Assembly (NCBI GenBank): GCA_951406725.2
Contig: OX597827.1
Location: 81,158,001-81,222,000 of the forward strand
Origin: Octopus vulgaris
Taxonomy: Eukaryota
Reading direction: 5' to 3'
DNA length: 64,000 bases
The notes under the pieces are model-generated. The model did not search any database. It was not told where the DNA came from and saw only the letters and a program-made list of their open reading frames with translations. The position numbers and the translations under genes are program-made. Below, one piece after another: positions 1 to 15,014 of the stretch (position 1 is the first letter of the stretch; each line of letters opens with the position of its first letter).

Positions 1-572
1 GTGTGTATACATACATTTCTGTGTATATATACATATATTAAATATGATAAATATATATACATATATATATGCACACACACATGCATAAGTATAAAAAAAT
101 GAGAAATATATGTGTGTGTATATACAGTATATGTGTGATTGCACACATACACAATGGCAATATACACACACACACAGAAACACAGGCACATCCTAACAAA
201 CACATACACATACACACACACACAGCACACAGATGAACCAAAGAATATATTAGCCAGCTTTATCAGTGAAATATTTTCTACCTATTGAAAGGGGACAGGG
301 AGTGGGGACGGAGTGACATGTCCCCTGAATTTTTTTCAGAGATTTTTCTCTTTTTTCAAAGCTGTCAATAGCAAAGGGGAAAAAAAATGTGTAATGGAGG
401 CAAGCCTGACTACAAAGGGAAACTTTCTCTCACACTCCTCATCCTCCACCTCACACACTTTCTCTTTCCCAAACCTCTATCTCTCTCCCTCTCTCTTTCT
501 CACTAGCTCTCCTCCTCTCTTTCTCTCTCTCATTTCTTTACATTCAGTGCACACACTTTATACATACATATG

Positions 573-611
<39 letters not shown>

Positions 612-1047
612 GAATGTATACATAGATATAGGAAGATTATTTTATTTTATATTCTTATATAATATACATTAAAGCCCAAAATATGTGTATATACACATAT
701 GCACACATGCACATATATATATACACACACATATATATGTGTGCATGTGTGTCTATGTATGTGTGTATATATGTGTGAGTGTGTGTTCACATAAATTCAT
801 ATCACATATACATATAATTCTTCATATATTCCTTGTATTCTTGGATATATCCATATAGAAATATATGCACACAAACATGTACACGTGTGTATATATGTAC
901 ATCTCTCTATCTGCATATATATAGATAGTTGTGTATGTGTGTGTGTGAGTGTGTGTGTGTATGCATCCATGCACAATGTGTTCTGGAAGAGAAAATGTAA
1001 AATGAAGATCTTATTTTCTCTCTAAGAATTCAATTATATGTCATTCT

Positions 1048-1098
<51 letters not shown>

Positions 1099-1269
1099 GC
1101 ACTGAACCAATCATATACAAACTATAGACTTACATATACACTCAGCCAATGCTTCATACCATATACATATGTATACCTGTGTATATGATGATGATGATGA
1201 TGATGATGATGGTGGTGAACGAAATTCAAACTCACAAATTATGTATTGATATATGTATATTCATATATA

Positions 1270-1500
1270 TCCTCCTCCTCCTCTTCTTCTTCTTCCTCCT
1301 CCTCCTCATCATGTAATGCCCTCCTCCCATGCTGGCATCGGTTGCTTGTTTTGACAGGTTCTGGTAAACTAGAGGACTGTGTCAAGATCCATTGTCTCAG
1401 TTTCGGCAGGATTTTTAAGGCTGGTTCTTCTTCCTAACACCAACCACTTCACAGAGTGTATTGAGTCCTTCTTTCATGCCACCGGCACTAGTGTGTTTGT
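1270..1500 (-). mobile_element. 3' tail fragment of an RTE-type LINE or a derived element
   Basis: Similar to the reverse complement of the 3' UTRs at 14650-14838 and 49960-50140. Confidence 0.5.
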
Positions 1501-2064
1501 CATGCAATTTACCATTCTTTCAATTTATGGAGAAATATCTAAATTAGCTCAGCTTATCTCTCTACTCTATAGGTTACAGATATATGTATATCATACATAA
1601 TATATGGACTGAGATCCCCATTTACAGGCTCTGGATATTAAATAAAGTGGTAACACATTATGCAAATTAGTAGCCCCAGTTTTCTGTCGCTACAGGAATT
1701 GTTGAGAATATTAACAAATTGGTTGCTCTCTGAGGAGAATCCCATAAGGTTCAGAAATTGATTAAGACTGTTCAACATCCCCTGTTTTTTTTTCAATCTA
1801 CAGAGAAATAAGATCAAATTTGCACCATTACATATATCTACTTTATAAATAAGACTCAACTATAGGAAACAACTCAGTCTTATGATTAATAGTGTAAAAC
1901 TGAGTAATACCATCTGGTTGGTAACTGATGAAGAATTAGGGATCTTCTGCTTTTGTTTTCTGTCCATCTGTGCATTCAATATATGTTTTTCCATTCATCT
2001 GTTTTTTGTGCATTCATTATACATCTTTTCGTTTGTGCCTATACTATACAATTTTATATAAATA

Positions 2065-2467
2065 CTTGCAGTATTGCCCGGCGTTGCTCGGGTTTGTTTC
2101 GATCCTTCAGAATTGGAATTTTTGAAAAGTAAAAATTTTGCATTATGTAGCTTGTTATTCTCTTTAAGTGAACATTTTTCTGGTTGAAATACACCGAAAA
2201 TTGGCAACACAGCAGTCAAAATAATCGTAAAAAATAGGGATTTTCATAGAAAAAAAGCACCTTTTTGAGGTAAATAATTTTTGGTGTTAACAAGGTCCGA
2301 TTTAAATTTTATCTCCTACGAAATGAAGAGCAAGCCTTCTTCTATCATACTCTCCATTTTGGTCAACTTGCGTCACAGGGTCTCGGAGGAGATAGTGTTA
2401 GTTGAAGGCTACCAAACGTGCCATACACAGACAACTTCAGCTTTACACATATATATGTATATATAGA
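2065..2467 (-). mobile_element. Non-autonomous Helitron, copy 1
   Basis: Reverse complement begins A|TCTATATA, has the subterminal hairpin CCCGAGCAACGCCGGG, and ends CAAG|T (degenerate CTAG). Highly similar to 23325-23716. Confidence 0.8.
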
Positions 2468-2839
2468 TATATATGTGCACACGGTATTAAATATGAATTA
2501 CTGTGAGTTTCATGCCTCTGAAAATATAATGATTGGACAAGATTGCATAATGTGTGCTGTATTTTCAGGCAATCATTCAAACTCAAGATGCAATTTGGCT
2601 GCCCCGGAAAGAACTGGAAAACATTAAAGGAAATGAATAAAAGTGGAATGAGAGAAATAAGAGAGGAAGAAGACAAATGATGCTTCCCTTTGAATCATTA
2701 GAACTTGAATTTCCATAATTGGTGTAATTAAATTGAAGGGGAAATATTAAAATTTGTGAGACCAATGACTTAATTTCAGGAGGGCTGTGTTTTCCAGTTC
2801 AATAATAGAAACTTGTCCATATGCTGACATTTAAGGTAA

Positions 2840-2886
<47 letters not shown>

Positions 2887-3569
2887 AATGTATGAATATG
2901 TATATACACCAGATGACCTTTTTGTCTCAATTTCTGACATAAGAAAAATGACCCTTGTTAAACTAAAGTCCTCATCTTGGTTGTTATTGTCACAACGTTT
3001 CAGTTGCTGAACCTTCCTCACATCTTCACGTGCCTTTTGCATTTGGCAATATTCCTGAAATGTCAAACTGAACCCTTTATTGAATGCTATGGTGGGGAAG
3101 GAAATGGGGCTGAAATAATCTCATTCCATTGTCTATGACAAGAATAACCTTGTATTAGTTATTCTTGAACTTGTTATAACAACACCTGCCCATTCTACAT
3201 GAGACAGAGCACACATACACTTATGTAAGTGATTCTCTCTCTCTCTCTCTATATATATATATAAAAATTAGAAAAAACTCCACCTTTTATCAATTCAAAA
3301 TGAAAAATTAAATTACATCATCTAGAAAATTACATATAATAGAAATATTAAATATAAGATAAAGAATAATATACCAATGATTAAGTAATGTGCAAAATAA
3401 CGTATATATTTGGTAATTTATTTTCTAATTTATATATATATTATATTTTGTGAAATTTGATTTAGTATTTCTAAATTGAATTTTTCCCTGTAAGTTTGGA
3501 ATAATATTCCCTCAAATTATTATTATTATTATTATTATTATTTATATATATATATATTAACAAGTTTTA

Positions 3570-3757
3570 CAATGGAGATATAAACTAGTTTATTAATTAT
3601 TTAACATGTCTTCAATTGTTTCAGTATGCACCCAATTTAAATTACAAAACATGTATAATATGCTTGCATTTTGATATATTTTGTAATTCAAATTGGGTGC
3701 AAAGTGAAACAGTTGTAGGCAAATTTAAATAATTAATAAATTAATGTATATCCATTG
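3570..3757. repeat. Imperfect palindrome, ~80-bp arms, Penelope-pLTR-like
   Basis: Arms ~3570-3652 and ~3676-3757 are complementary. The right arm carries GAAAC-AGTT-GTA (3706-3717), resembling the 3' half of a hammerhead. Confidence 0.6.
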
Positions 3758-3898
3758 AACCTCCCCATGTTCAAATTTATTAATAATATCTGATGTTTTA
3801 TAATATATTTATTGAAGAAATATTTCTTCAAAATATAATATACCAAACCAAGGTATCTTGGACAAAACTATCCCTATAAGAATTTTAAATATCCTGAT

Positions 3899-3950
<52 letters not shown>

Positions 3951-6410
3951 TGTATGTATGTCTATATATAGAGGTGTGTGTATGTATGGTAATATATGTA
4001 CATATACACACACATACACATTACCCAGTGATTGAACTCATACCCACCAAGCAAAACTTAAATGTTAATCAAATTTCATATTAACTATGGAAAAAGATGA
4101 ACAATATATATATTTAGAATTCATGTTTTCCATCTATTAACAGACCAAAGTTAAAATTCTTAATGAAAATAAACAAAGGGAAGACAAACAAAGAATACAT
4201 AGATTCAGACAAGAGAAAAACCCACATGACTGAAAAAGTGTAGAAATATAAAGCAAAGATATAACAACCAAAGAAGTGAACTTTGAAGATTAATACACCA
4301 ATAGAAGAAACAGGAGACATTCTGTTTAAATGTTATAACGTTTAGTTTGCTATTTCAAAGAAAAACAGAGTGTAGATTAACATTTTAGACATTTGTCCAT
4401 CATCAAAAATGAAAGAAAGAAAGAAAAGTGAAACATTAGATGAGAGAGAGGGGAAAAGAAAGGAGAGAAAGAGAGTAAGAAACCATGAATATATGAAGAA
4501 AGAATGTGAGGGGATGTAGGAGGAAATTGAAGTGCTAGAAAGCAACCAGGGAAGTTTTAAGGAAAAGAAGAATGGGTAGGAGTGTAGATGTATATACCGG
4601 AATTTATTTGACTCTGGAAGTGAACATGTATATGGATACATATATGTATGTATACACACATGCACACACACAAATAGATAGATAGATATACATGCATACA
4701 TATATGCAGTGGGAGGGCAGGTGTTTAAATATATGCGTATATTTCTCAGTGTGTATAAGGATGAGTGAATGCACATTTCTTCAATGTTACATGTAACTCT
4801 CTCTTTCTCCCTCTTCATATATATATATATATATACATATATACACAGACATATATATATATATACATACACACATACATATATATACATATATATCTGT
4901 ATGTATACAAATATATATCATATAATATAGATGCATAAATATATGTATGTATATACATATATGCACAAACACACACATATACACACTCACACGCATGTAA
5001 ATGTGTAAATGTAGCAATATATTATGTCACTCTGTATCATGCACACAAGTTTATGCATGTTTGTGTATAAGTGACAATGATGATGCAGTTAATTTGCATG
5101 TGTATATATATATATGTATAAATATATATATGGAGCTCAGAGGATATCTATGTGTGTGTGTGTGTGTATAGCATGAGTGAGTTACATGCACATGTATTTG
5201 TGTGTATACATACACACATATATATACATGTGTGTGTGTGTGTGTGTATGTGTATGTATATATATATGTTTGTATATATATATGTGTGTGTATGTATAGT
5301 TATATGCTGCTAAAGTGCTCCATTTATCTTGGCTGTGTGTACCTGCAGATGTATGTGTGTATGGATGTATGTGTGTATATATATATATATGTGTGTGTGC
5401 ATGTGTATAAACATGTATGTGTGTCTCCATGTGCATGGTGATCAATGTGTGTGCATTTGAGCACACACATGTGTGTGTGTGTGTATAAATATGCAATGTG
5501 TGTACATGTGGTTGTGTGTGTTTGTGTGTGTGTATAGTAAAGGAACCCCATCAATCTAAGCTCTATGGAGCTCATCCATCAATTAAAGGACACAACTGGC
5601 AGCCCCTACTAGCAACGGACTCTAATATTACAGCCACTACATGCACACACATATATATATGCAAATATATACACACACACACACACACATATACACACAT
5701 AAATGTACAGAGATACAGATATATACATATATATATATATATATATACATACTCACATACACACATAAATGTACAGAGATACAGATATATACATATATAT
5801 ATATGCATGTATATATATGTATATATGTACTGGCTTGTATACATACGGCTATTTTCAAACCATGTAATCTGTTTGTTGGTCTGTGTCTGTCTGTGTATAG
5901 AAACTGCATATACAATGTGCACTCAAATACTAATGACTGTACTAATATAAACCTGTAAACAGATGATTGGTCACAGATGCACATGTAACCATGTATACAT
6001 GTGTATACATATGAGGTGAATATATATATATAACACACACATATATGTATGTGTGTGTATATATATATATGTCTGTATATACACATATATATGTACATAT
6101 ATATATATGTATATCTATATAGATATATATATGTATATATATCTGCATGTATATGTGTGTGTATGTGTATGTATATATGTACTTGCATGTATGTATGTAT
6201 AAATATATATATATATACACACACATACATGTACATAATACATGCAACTCACATACATAGGCACATATACATGCAGATATATATACATATATATATTTAT
6301 ATGTTTGTATATAAACATACATACACACACACATACATATATATATATATGTACACACACACACACATATATATATATATACATACATACATGTATATCC
6401 TTATATATAT

Positions 6411-6946
<536 letters not shown>

Positions 6947-9287
6947 TATATACACACACATACACACACACACATATATATATATTTATATGTATATTTC
7001 CAGCCATTCTCAGAGAGAGTCTCATCGAGGAAGTAGTTGACAATATCAATGATTGGTGTGTGAAATGAGAGACTGTGTATAGACTTTGGCAGTGTATATA
7101 GAGACAAGTGTATGAGTGGTGGTGCATCAGTTGCCTTGTGCGGCTGCAGAAGTTGCACATCTGTGCAGTGTAAGGAGCACAATTCTCTCAGTAGTGCTGC
7201 TGCTGTTGATGTTGTTTGGTGACACTTGAAACTACTGCCTATACTTTACCTGGATCAATCTTATATACAGTTGCAGATACATACACACACATATCCACAC
7301 TATATACGCACACACACACGTATATATACATAAACATACACACATATATATATTTGTATATGCATATATATATATACATATACAATTATATACACATTTA
7401 AACTCTAAAGTTATACACACTAAATTATATTTGCACACAACTCATTCTACATACACATAATTACACATTATTCACATTTATACACTTTTACACACCCTGT
7501 ATATACACACTGAACCTTTCTTGCCCACTTCTTCATTTACTGACATAACTGTATACACAGCACATCATACACACACAGACACACATATACACACAGACAC
7601 ACATACACACACACACACACATATACACACGCACACACACAGACACACATATACACACAGACACATCATACACACACAGACACACATATACACACACAGA
7701 CACACATATACACACGCACACACACAACATAGAACTAACAGACACACATACAGTGAAAAATACGTATTTCCACTCATACATAACATCACACAGATGTTTA
7801 CACATAGACACACACACACACACACACACATATATACCTTTACGCATAATTACATACACACGCACACATACATTTTCACACCAACAAAAGTTTGCGACAG
7901 ACTGAAACATATGAATATTCACATTCATACTTTGTAACAAATCACATACACACACACTATCACACACATACACACTATCACACACACACACACAATCAGA
8001 CACACACACACTATCAGACACACACACACACACTATCAGACACATATACACACTATCACACTAACTTAATATACACACTGTCATAACACACATATACATA
8101 TATACATACATATACACATGCACACACCATTGCCACACTGCAAAAACATAACAGAAACTCACACATACTTTACTGAAAATTTATCATTAACATATACACA
8201 CACCTTCACAACAGCACACACACTCACATATACATAGACCATCGCAACAGCACACAGACACACCATCAAAACAACACACACACATACACACACCATAAAC
8301 AACAACACACATAGAAACTCACACAAACACACAATCAAAACAACACACGCGCACCATCAAAACAACACACACACATACACACATCATCAACAACAACACA
8401 CACAAACACACAATCAAAACAGCATACACCATACACAACAACACACATACCCACATAGAAACTCACGCATACACACACACAATCACAACAGCACACAGAC
8501 ACACCATCAAAACATCACACGCACACCATTAAAACAACACACACACACACATGCACGGATACACACGCACTTTATAGTAAAAAACTCACCTCTCACCCAC
8601 TGCCCCCTCCCCGCCGCTGCCAAGCACGCATCACAACCCCACCATCCGCATAGAGATATCATCTTAAACCGGAGATGTGACAACACCAGTTTGATGCCAT
8701 CACCATACGAAGCAGCAGCCAGAAGAGAGAGAGAGAGAGAGGAAGAGAGAAAGGGAAAGACAGAGAGAGAACGTGTGTGTGCGTGTGTGCTTATGCATGT
8801 GCGTAAGAGCGTGTGTCGGTGCGTCGTGTGTAGTTGATGACTAGAGCGCTGTCAGGAACAACGGAACAGAGATGGAACGGCTTGCCTGCAGGTAGGTGCA
8901 ACTTTACACCTCTCTCTTTTCACTGTATGTATACAGACCGCACACATACATACAAACATACATACATACAAACATACATACATACATACATACATACAAA
9001 CATACATACATACATACATACATACAGATAGACAGGTAGATAAATACATACATACATATGTTCATACATACACAAATCTATATATATATGTATACATACA
9101 TAGATACATACATACATAAATACATACACATGAGAGTATATATATATATTTATACACACATGTGTATGCACATGCATATACACACATGCATACTCATACA
9201 TATGTACATACAAACTTACATATATGCATACATACACATATACACCTATACATACATGCACACATATATATATAAACACACATATAG

Positions 9288-9320
<33 letters not shown>

Positions 9321-9454
9321 ATATATAATGTGTGTATATATAATGTATTTGTATATATATATACTTAAATGCATGCATCCATATATATACATCTATATAT
9401 ACACCCTGAACACGCATCGCAAAAGAATAACAACAAGTAAAGGAGCTACTATAG

Positions 9455-9665
9455 GGTTTGTTCATCTGCTAGAAATAGTAACCAAATCTCCCTCAAACCA
9501 TACCCTACCAAACATGTTAAAGAAGGAAAACTTACAGTGATGTTGTCCGAGGTACATTATGCCTAGTAAAATAATGTTGGGATGGTCGTGGATGGAATAG
9601 TTCTGGTCACATAATAAGTCTGTTGGATAAGAATAACTTGGGTGCTAAGTAACAACAACAACAAC
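9455..9665 (+). mobile_element. Interspersed repeat family C (CTAGAAATAG...GGATGGTC...(AAC)n tail), probably a SINE 3' part
   Basis: Related copies at ~11755-11905(-), 31615-31745(-), 36060-36185(+), 41455-41535(-), 43270-43460(-), 43545-43705(-), 60345-60400(+). Confidence 0.55.
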
Positions 9666-10990
9666 AAGAACAACTCTAACGACATTTGTAACAGTTGTTA
9701 ACATCAACAACAACAACAACGACAAAAGTGTTTGTAACAACATCAAGAACAATAACAACAACAACAACAACAACAACAACACATATAAACAACATGCTTG
9801 ATGATAACATCAACAACAATTACATCACTGATGACTGCAATAACAACAAAGACACGTTCAACTACTACTACTAACTACTACTACCACCACCACCACCACC
9901 ACCACTACTACTACTTCTACTACTACTACTACTACTACTACTATTACTACTACGACTACCACTACAACTACTACAGTTAACAACAACAACAACAGTAACA
10001 ACTTCACCCATAAACAACAACAAAACGAAGACTAAAGCCCCTTGGCACCACCTCACAAAAAAGATTGTCTCCCACTCTTCTTCACACACACACACACACA
10101 CACATGTACTTTCTCATACACACCACCATATATTCACACACACACATATACACACTTACAAAACTAACAAACATACACACACATACAGGTAATCTCTCTC
10201 CCTCTCTTTCTATATATACATCTCTCTCACTTTCTCCCTTACACACACACACACACACACACACACTCTGACAGGTAATGTCCCTCCCTATACAGACCGC
10301 ACACATACATACATACAAACATTCATACATACATACATTCATACATACATACATTCATACAAACATATACACACATACAACCCTATAAACTTATACATAC
10401 AAACATCCACACATATACACCCACTCCCCTGATATTCTGTTGATAAAAACAGACAACAACAATAACAACAACAACAGCAGTATTGAAAAGAGTTTGTCAA
10501 TATGAATTTGTAAAATAGTAATTTTGTAAAAAGTGAAGAAATTCTTCGAACAGAAAAGAGAGGGAGAAGGAAGGTGTGGTGGGGGTGGGGGAGGATTAGA
10601 AGGGGCTGGGAGAGAAACCAGGAATGGTTTGTGGGGCCCTCACAACATTACACTGTGGCTTTTACTACATTTTGTTGATGCCTTACTACAATATCTTGGC
10701 CCCTCCCACTATTTTCAGAATTGGACAATTTCCCACTGAGTCGGCCTCAAACATATTTTAATGTGGGTTTGTTTACTGTGATTTATTTTGAGTTTAGAGA
10801 AAGTGTTGAGTGGATTTTAGTATTGATACTAAGTGGGGTTTAGTACAGGGGTTGAGTGGAGTTTAGTGTGGGTACTGAGTAAGGAATTCCTATAATTTCT
10901 CTGGTATACATGCTAAAAATAATTTGATTTATTTTTTATTATGGAGATGTACTTACATAGCAAGTGACCTGATCTGAGATTGTGTGCTGA

Positions 10991-11278
10991 AACAAAAACA
11001 AGTGCAGCGTAGGTGTTTATAAGCCATTTAAAAACATGCAAAAACTGTTAAATTCACTTTAACATTTAAATTTAATTTGTCAAAATATCTTCGTTGCTTT
11101 GAGACCGTGACCAGTTCACTGAGACGCAGCACAGAATTTTGTCAGTGAACAGGTCGCAGTCTCAAAGCGACGAAAATATTTTGACAAATGAAATTTAAAT
11201 GTTAAAGTGAATCTAACAGTTTTTGTGTGTTTCTTAAATAGCTTATAAACGCCTTCCACGCTGCAATTGCTTTATTTT
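10991..11278. repeat. Long inverted repeat (~135-bp arms) containing hammerhead-like motifs
   Basis: Left arm ~10991-11122 and right arm ~11142-11278 are complementary around a ~19-nt spacer. Confidence 0.9.
11138..11188 (+). ncRNA. Candidate minimal type I hammerhead ribozyme with G3:C8 core
   Basis: Stem I TTTGTCA/TGACAAA; core GTGAACA plus an extra G; stem II GTCGC/GCGAC; GAA; palindromic stem III AATATT; H17=U. Folded by eye. Confidence 0.55.
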
Positions 11279-12617
11279 TAAGGAAATTTAAATAAGTTTT
11301 TAAATGTTTTTCTATAGAATGAGGTATTGTTGAATGTAGGTTTTATTGGGTTTGTGGGAGTGTTTGAGTGGAATTGGATAATGTTTAAAATTGGTTAGAA
11401 TAATCTGTAGAGTTTGGGTGGAACTGAAATGGGATTCATTATCATGCGTAGAGTGTCTGTGGTATTTGGTTTGTGTTACATCATAAGTTGGAATTACATG
11501 AGGTTTGGGGTTAAACTTGGTATTTTTTTTATTTTCATGGAAATGGGTAAATTTTCTGGGATTCTATAGAATTTCCCCCTATTTCTTTCTAAATTTTGTT
11601 CCCAATCCCGCATACATTTTGTGCCATGCATTTTCTGTACTTTACATGTAGAATTTCCAAAAGATATTCTACAGAACCATCTTAAAAGATTCTTTCAGTT
11701 TCAGCAGATACTTTGTTGATGATGGGTAACACTTGCTTAATTTTCATCAAACCCATAAACAAGCCATTCCAGCTGTGGCCATCCAGTCTATTTCCACATA
11801 AAATGTAACTGGATTCATATTATCTGATACATCCTCATTTTTAAAACAATACACTTGAGGAATATTTGACTACCATTTTTAGCAAATTGAGCAGTTCCAT
11901 AGAGACTCTTTCAAAGATGTTCCTTTCTGGAATTCATTGTATAAAATCCAGTGTAGACTTGTGTGAGGAGGACCAAATTCTATGCAAACATTTTGCTGAC
12001 CTCTGGGTGTCTAATGGAGTGACCATGGGATTGAGAAATTTAAAAGTACAGAATTATTGGTTCAATCTCACAGCAAGGTACTTGAGGTGACTATATTCTA
12101 CCATAGCATTGGTTGACCAATTCTTGTGAGAAAAATTTAGTTTGGCTTCATCAGACGAAGAATGTTAGCGTCTGGTCCCTAATATTGGCAGGCGAGGGGA
12201 TAACTAAAATATGGGGTCTTTTACCTCTGGTTTTCTCAAACATGATAGGAAGGCTGTGAATGAGAAATGAGAAGAAAAAATCCAAAGAAATTCAGAGATG
12301 GCTTTATAAAGTGGCAATGTGTCAGGGTGTTGTTGCTGTTGTTGTTGTGTGACAGACTCAACACATTGATTGGTTTAACATCAACACCTGCTCATTGGGT
12401 ACCTTTCATGAAGTACCTCTGTGGTAAGGATTCAAGACAGGTCTCTCTGCTCTGAGGGTAACATACATTCTCCCTCCTATCACTTTTGGCACTTAACTAC
12501 ACTTGACTGTGTCCTTCAGGGGTTATTACTGATATCCAGTTGTACAGTAAGGAATATTACACAAGAACATCCAATGACACAGTATTCAGCAAAATGACAA
12601 TAATAAAATAATGACTT

Positions 12618-12826
12618 GTTTCTAACATCACACAAAGCTTGAGATTTTGGTGGAAGGGGAGGGGTTAATTGATTAAATCGATCTCAGTACTTGATTGGTA
12701 TTTTAATTTATTAACGCTGGGAAAATTAGGGACAAAGACGACCTCACTGAAATTTGATCTCAGATTGTAAAAAGCTTGAATAAATCCCACAAGACATTTT
12801 GCTAGGTGCTCTACTGACTCTGCCAA
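12618..12826 (-). mobile_element. SINE family B (GGCAGAATCGTTAGC...GAGTTCAAAT...GGGGTCGAT type), decayed
   Basis: Reverse-complement similarity to 23782-23996. Confidence 0.65.
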
Positions 12827-13128
12827 TATTCTATCAGCCTCTTCCACACACACACACATGTGTTTGTGTGTGTGTATACATATATATATGTATACATATA
12901 TAAATAGAGTAATCCGTTGCCATATCACGGTTCACCTACCATTGTTCATTATTTAAGCTTACGTCAGTTCCTCCCTGGTGTTGTTTTGCAATTATAATCA
13001 AATAAATATATACAAATTATAAAAATAATAATAATAATAAATATACAGTACAGAACTGTTTCTACTTTGCAGATTTTCACCTATCATGAGTGTTTTGGAA
13101 TGTCACACCCATGATAGTCAAGGTATTA

Positions 13129-13185
<57 letters not shown>

Positions 13186-13201
13186 CATATATACACATAC
13201 A

Positions 13202-13650
13202 TGCAGGAGTGGGTGTGTGATAAGTGGCTTGCTTACCAACCACATAGTTCTGGGTTCAGTCCCACTGTGTGGTACCATAGGCAAGTGTCTTCTACTATAG
13301 CCTCGGGCCAACCAAAGCCTTGTGAGTGGATTTGGTAGATGGAAACTGAAAGAAGCCTGTTGTGTATATATATATATATATATATATATGATGATGATGA
13401 TGATGATGATATATATATACACATACACACATATGTGTGTGTGTTTGTTCTCCTGATCAACATTGCTTGACAACAGATGCTGGTGTGTTTACGTCCCTGT
13501 AACTTAGGGGTTCGGCAAAAAGAGACCAATAGAATAAGTACTAGGCTTACAAAGAATAAGTCCTGATGTTAATTTGCTCAACTAAAGGTGGTGCTCTAGC
13601 CAGGCTACAGTCAAATGACTGAAACAAATAAAAGAATAAAAGCAAGAATA
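13202..13650 (+). mobile_element. SINE family A, full length
   Basis: Colinear with 36946-37370. Confidence 0.9.
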
Positions 13651-13849
13651 TGCAATTGAAAGGGTTAGAGTGAACAAGCCATGAGGAATGGAATATCCAA
13701 CGCTATATACATATATATATATATATATAGCTATATGTATATAGCTTTTATATATATATAACATTTGTGTGTGGAAGATGCACAGGTACAATAAACAATG
13801 AAAATATACAGAATATATACTCCATCAACTGCCAGGGGAACAAGCCAGA

Positions 13850-14838
13850 GGTAGTAGATAGCTTCTGTTATCTAGGTGACCAAGTTAGTAGCAGAGGTGG
13901 ATGCTCTGAGAGATGAGAATAAGAATAGGCTGGGAAAAGTTCAGAGAGATCCTACCTCTACTGGCAATAAAGGGCCTCTCTCTCAGAGTGAAAGGCAGAC
14001 TGTATGATGCCTGTGTGCAAACAGCTATGCTATACAGCAGTGAATCATGGACTGTGACAGCCAAGGGCATGCACAGGCTTGAAAGAAATGAAGATGGTAT
14101 GCTTCACTGGATGTGCAATGTCAGTGTGCATCCGTGACAGAGTGAAAGCATCTTGAGATAAAGTTGGGCATAAGGGGCATCAGATGTGGTGTGCAAGAGA
14201 GAAAACTGCACCAGTATGGTCATGTGATGTATATAAACAAGGACAGCTGTGTAAAGAAGGGTCAATCTCTAACTGTGGTAGAGGCAGACCCAGGAAGACA
14301 TGGGACAAGGTGGTGAAACCTGATCTTCGAACTTTGGGCCTCACAGAGGCAATGACTAGTGACCGAGACCTTTGGCAATACACTGTGCTTGAGAAGATCT
14401 GTCAAACAAAGTGAAATTGTAGTCGTGGCTGATGCTTGTGTCGCATAACTGGCACATAACAAGCACCTTTCGAGCAATGGGCCTCGAGGAAGCAAAGTGG
14501 CCAATGCTAATGGCATGTAAAAAGCTCCTTTCCAGTATTGGGCCTTAGGGAGGCAATGGCTGAGACTACTGGCATTATGTCATGCTTAAGGAGACCCACC
14601 AAGCTGAGCAAAATCACAGTCATGGTAGAGACCAGTATCACACAAATAGTACCTGTGCTGGTGGCACATAAAGGTACCCATTACATTCTCAGAGTGGTTG
14701 GTGTTAAGAAGGGCATCCAGTCATAGAAACCATGCCAAATCAGACTGGAGTCTGGTGCAGCCTTCCTGCTTGCCAGCCCTGGGCAAACTGTCCAACCCAG
14801 CATGGACAGTGGATGTTAAAGGATAATGATGATGATGA
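13850..14838 (+). mobile_element. 5'-truncated RTE-clade LINE (post-RT region, 3' UTR, (GAT)n tail)
   Basis: Translates to FCYLGDQV ... RIRIGWEKFREILPLL ... LSLRVKGRLYDACVQTAMLYSSESW ... GRGRPRKTWD, with stops and frameshifts. Confidence 0.85.
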
Positions 14839-14956
14839 AATATATATATGTGTATGTATATATATATGGTATATATATACAAAGACACACATACATATAT
14901 ATATAAATATAAATATATAGACATATATATGCTTATATATTTGTACACACACACAC

Positions 14957-15007
<51 letters not shown>

Positions 15008-15014
<7 letters not shown>

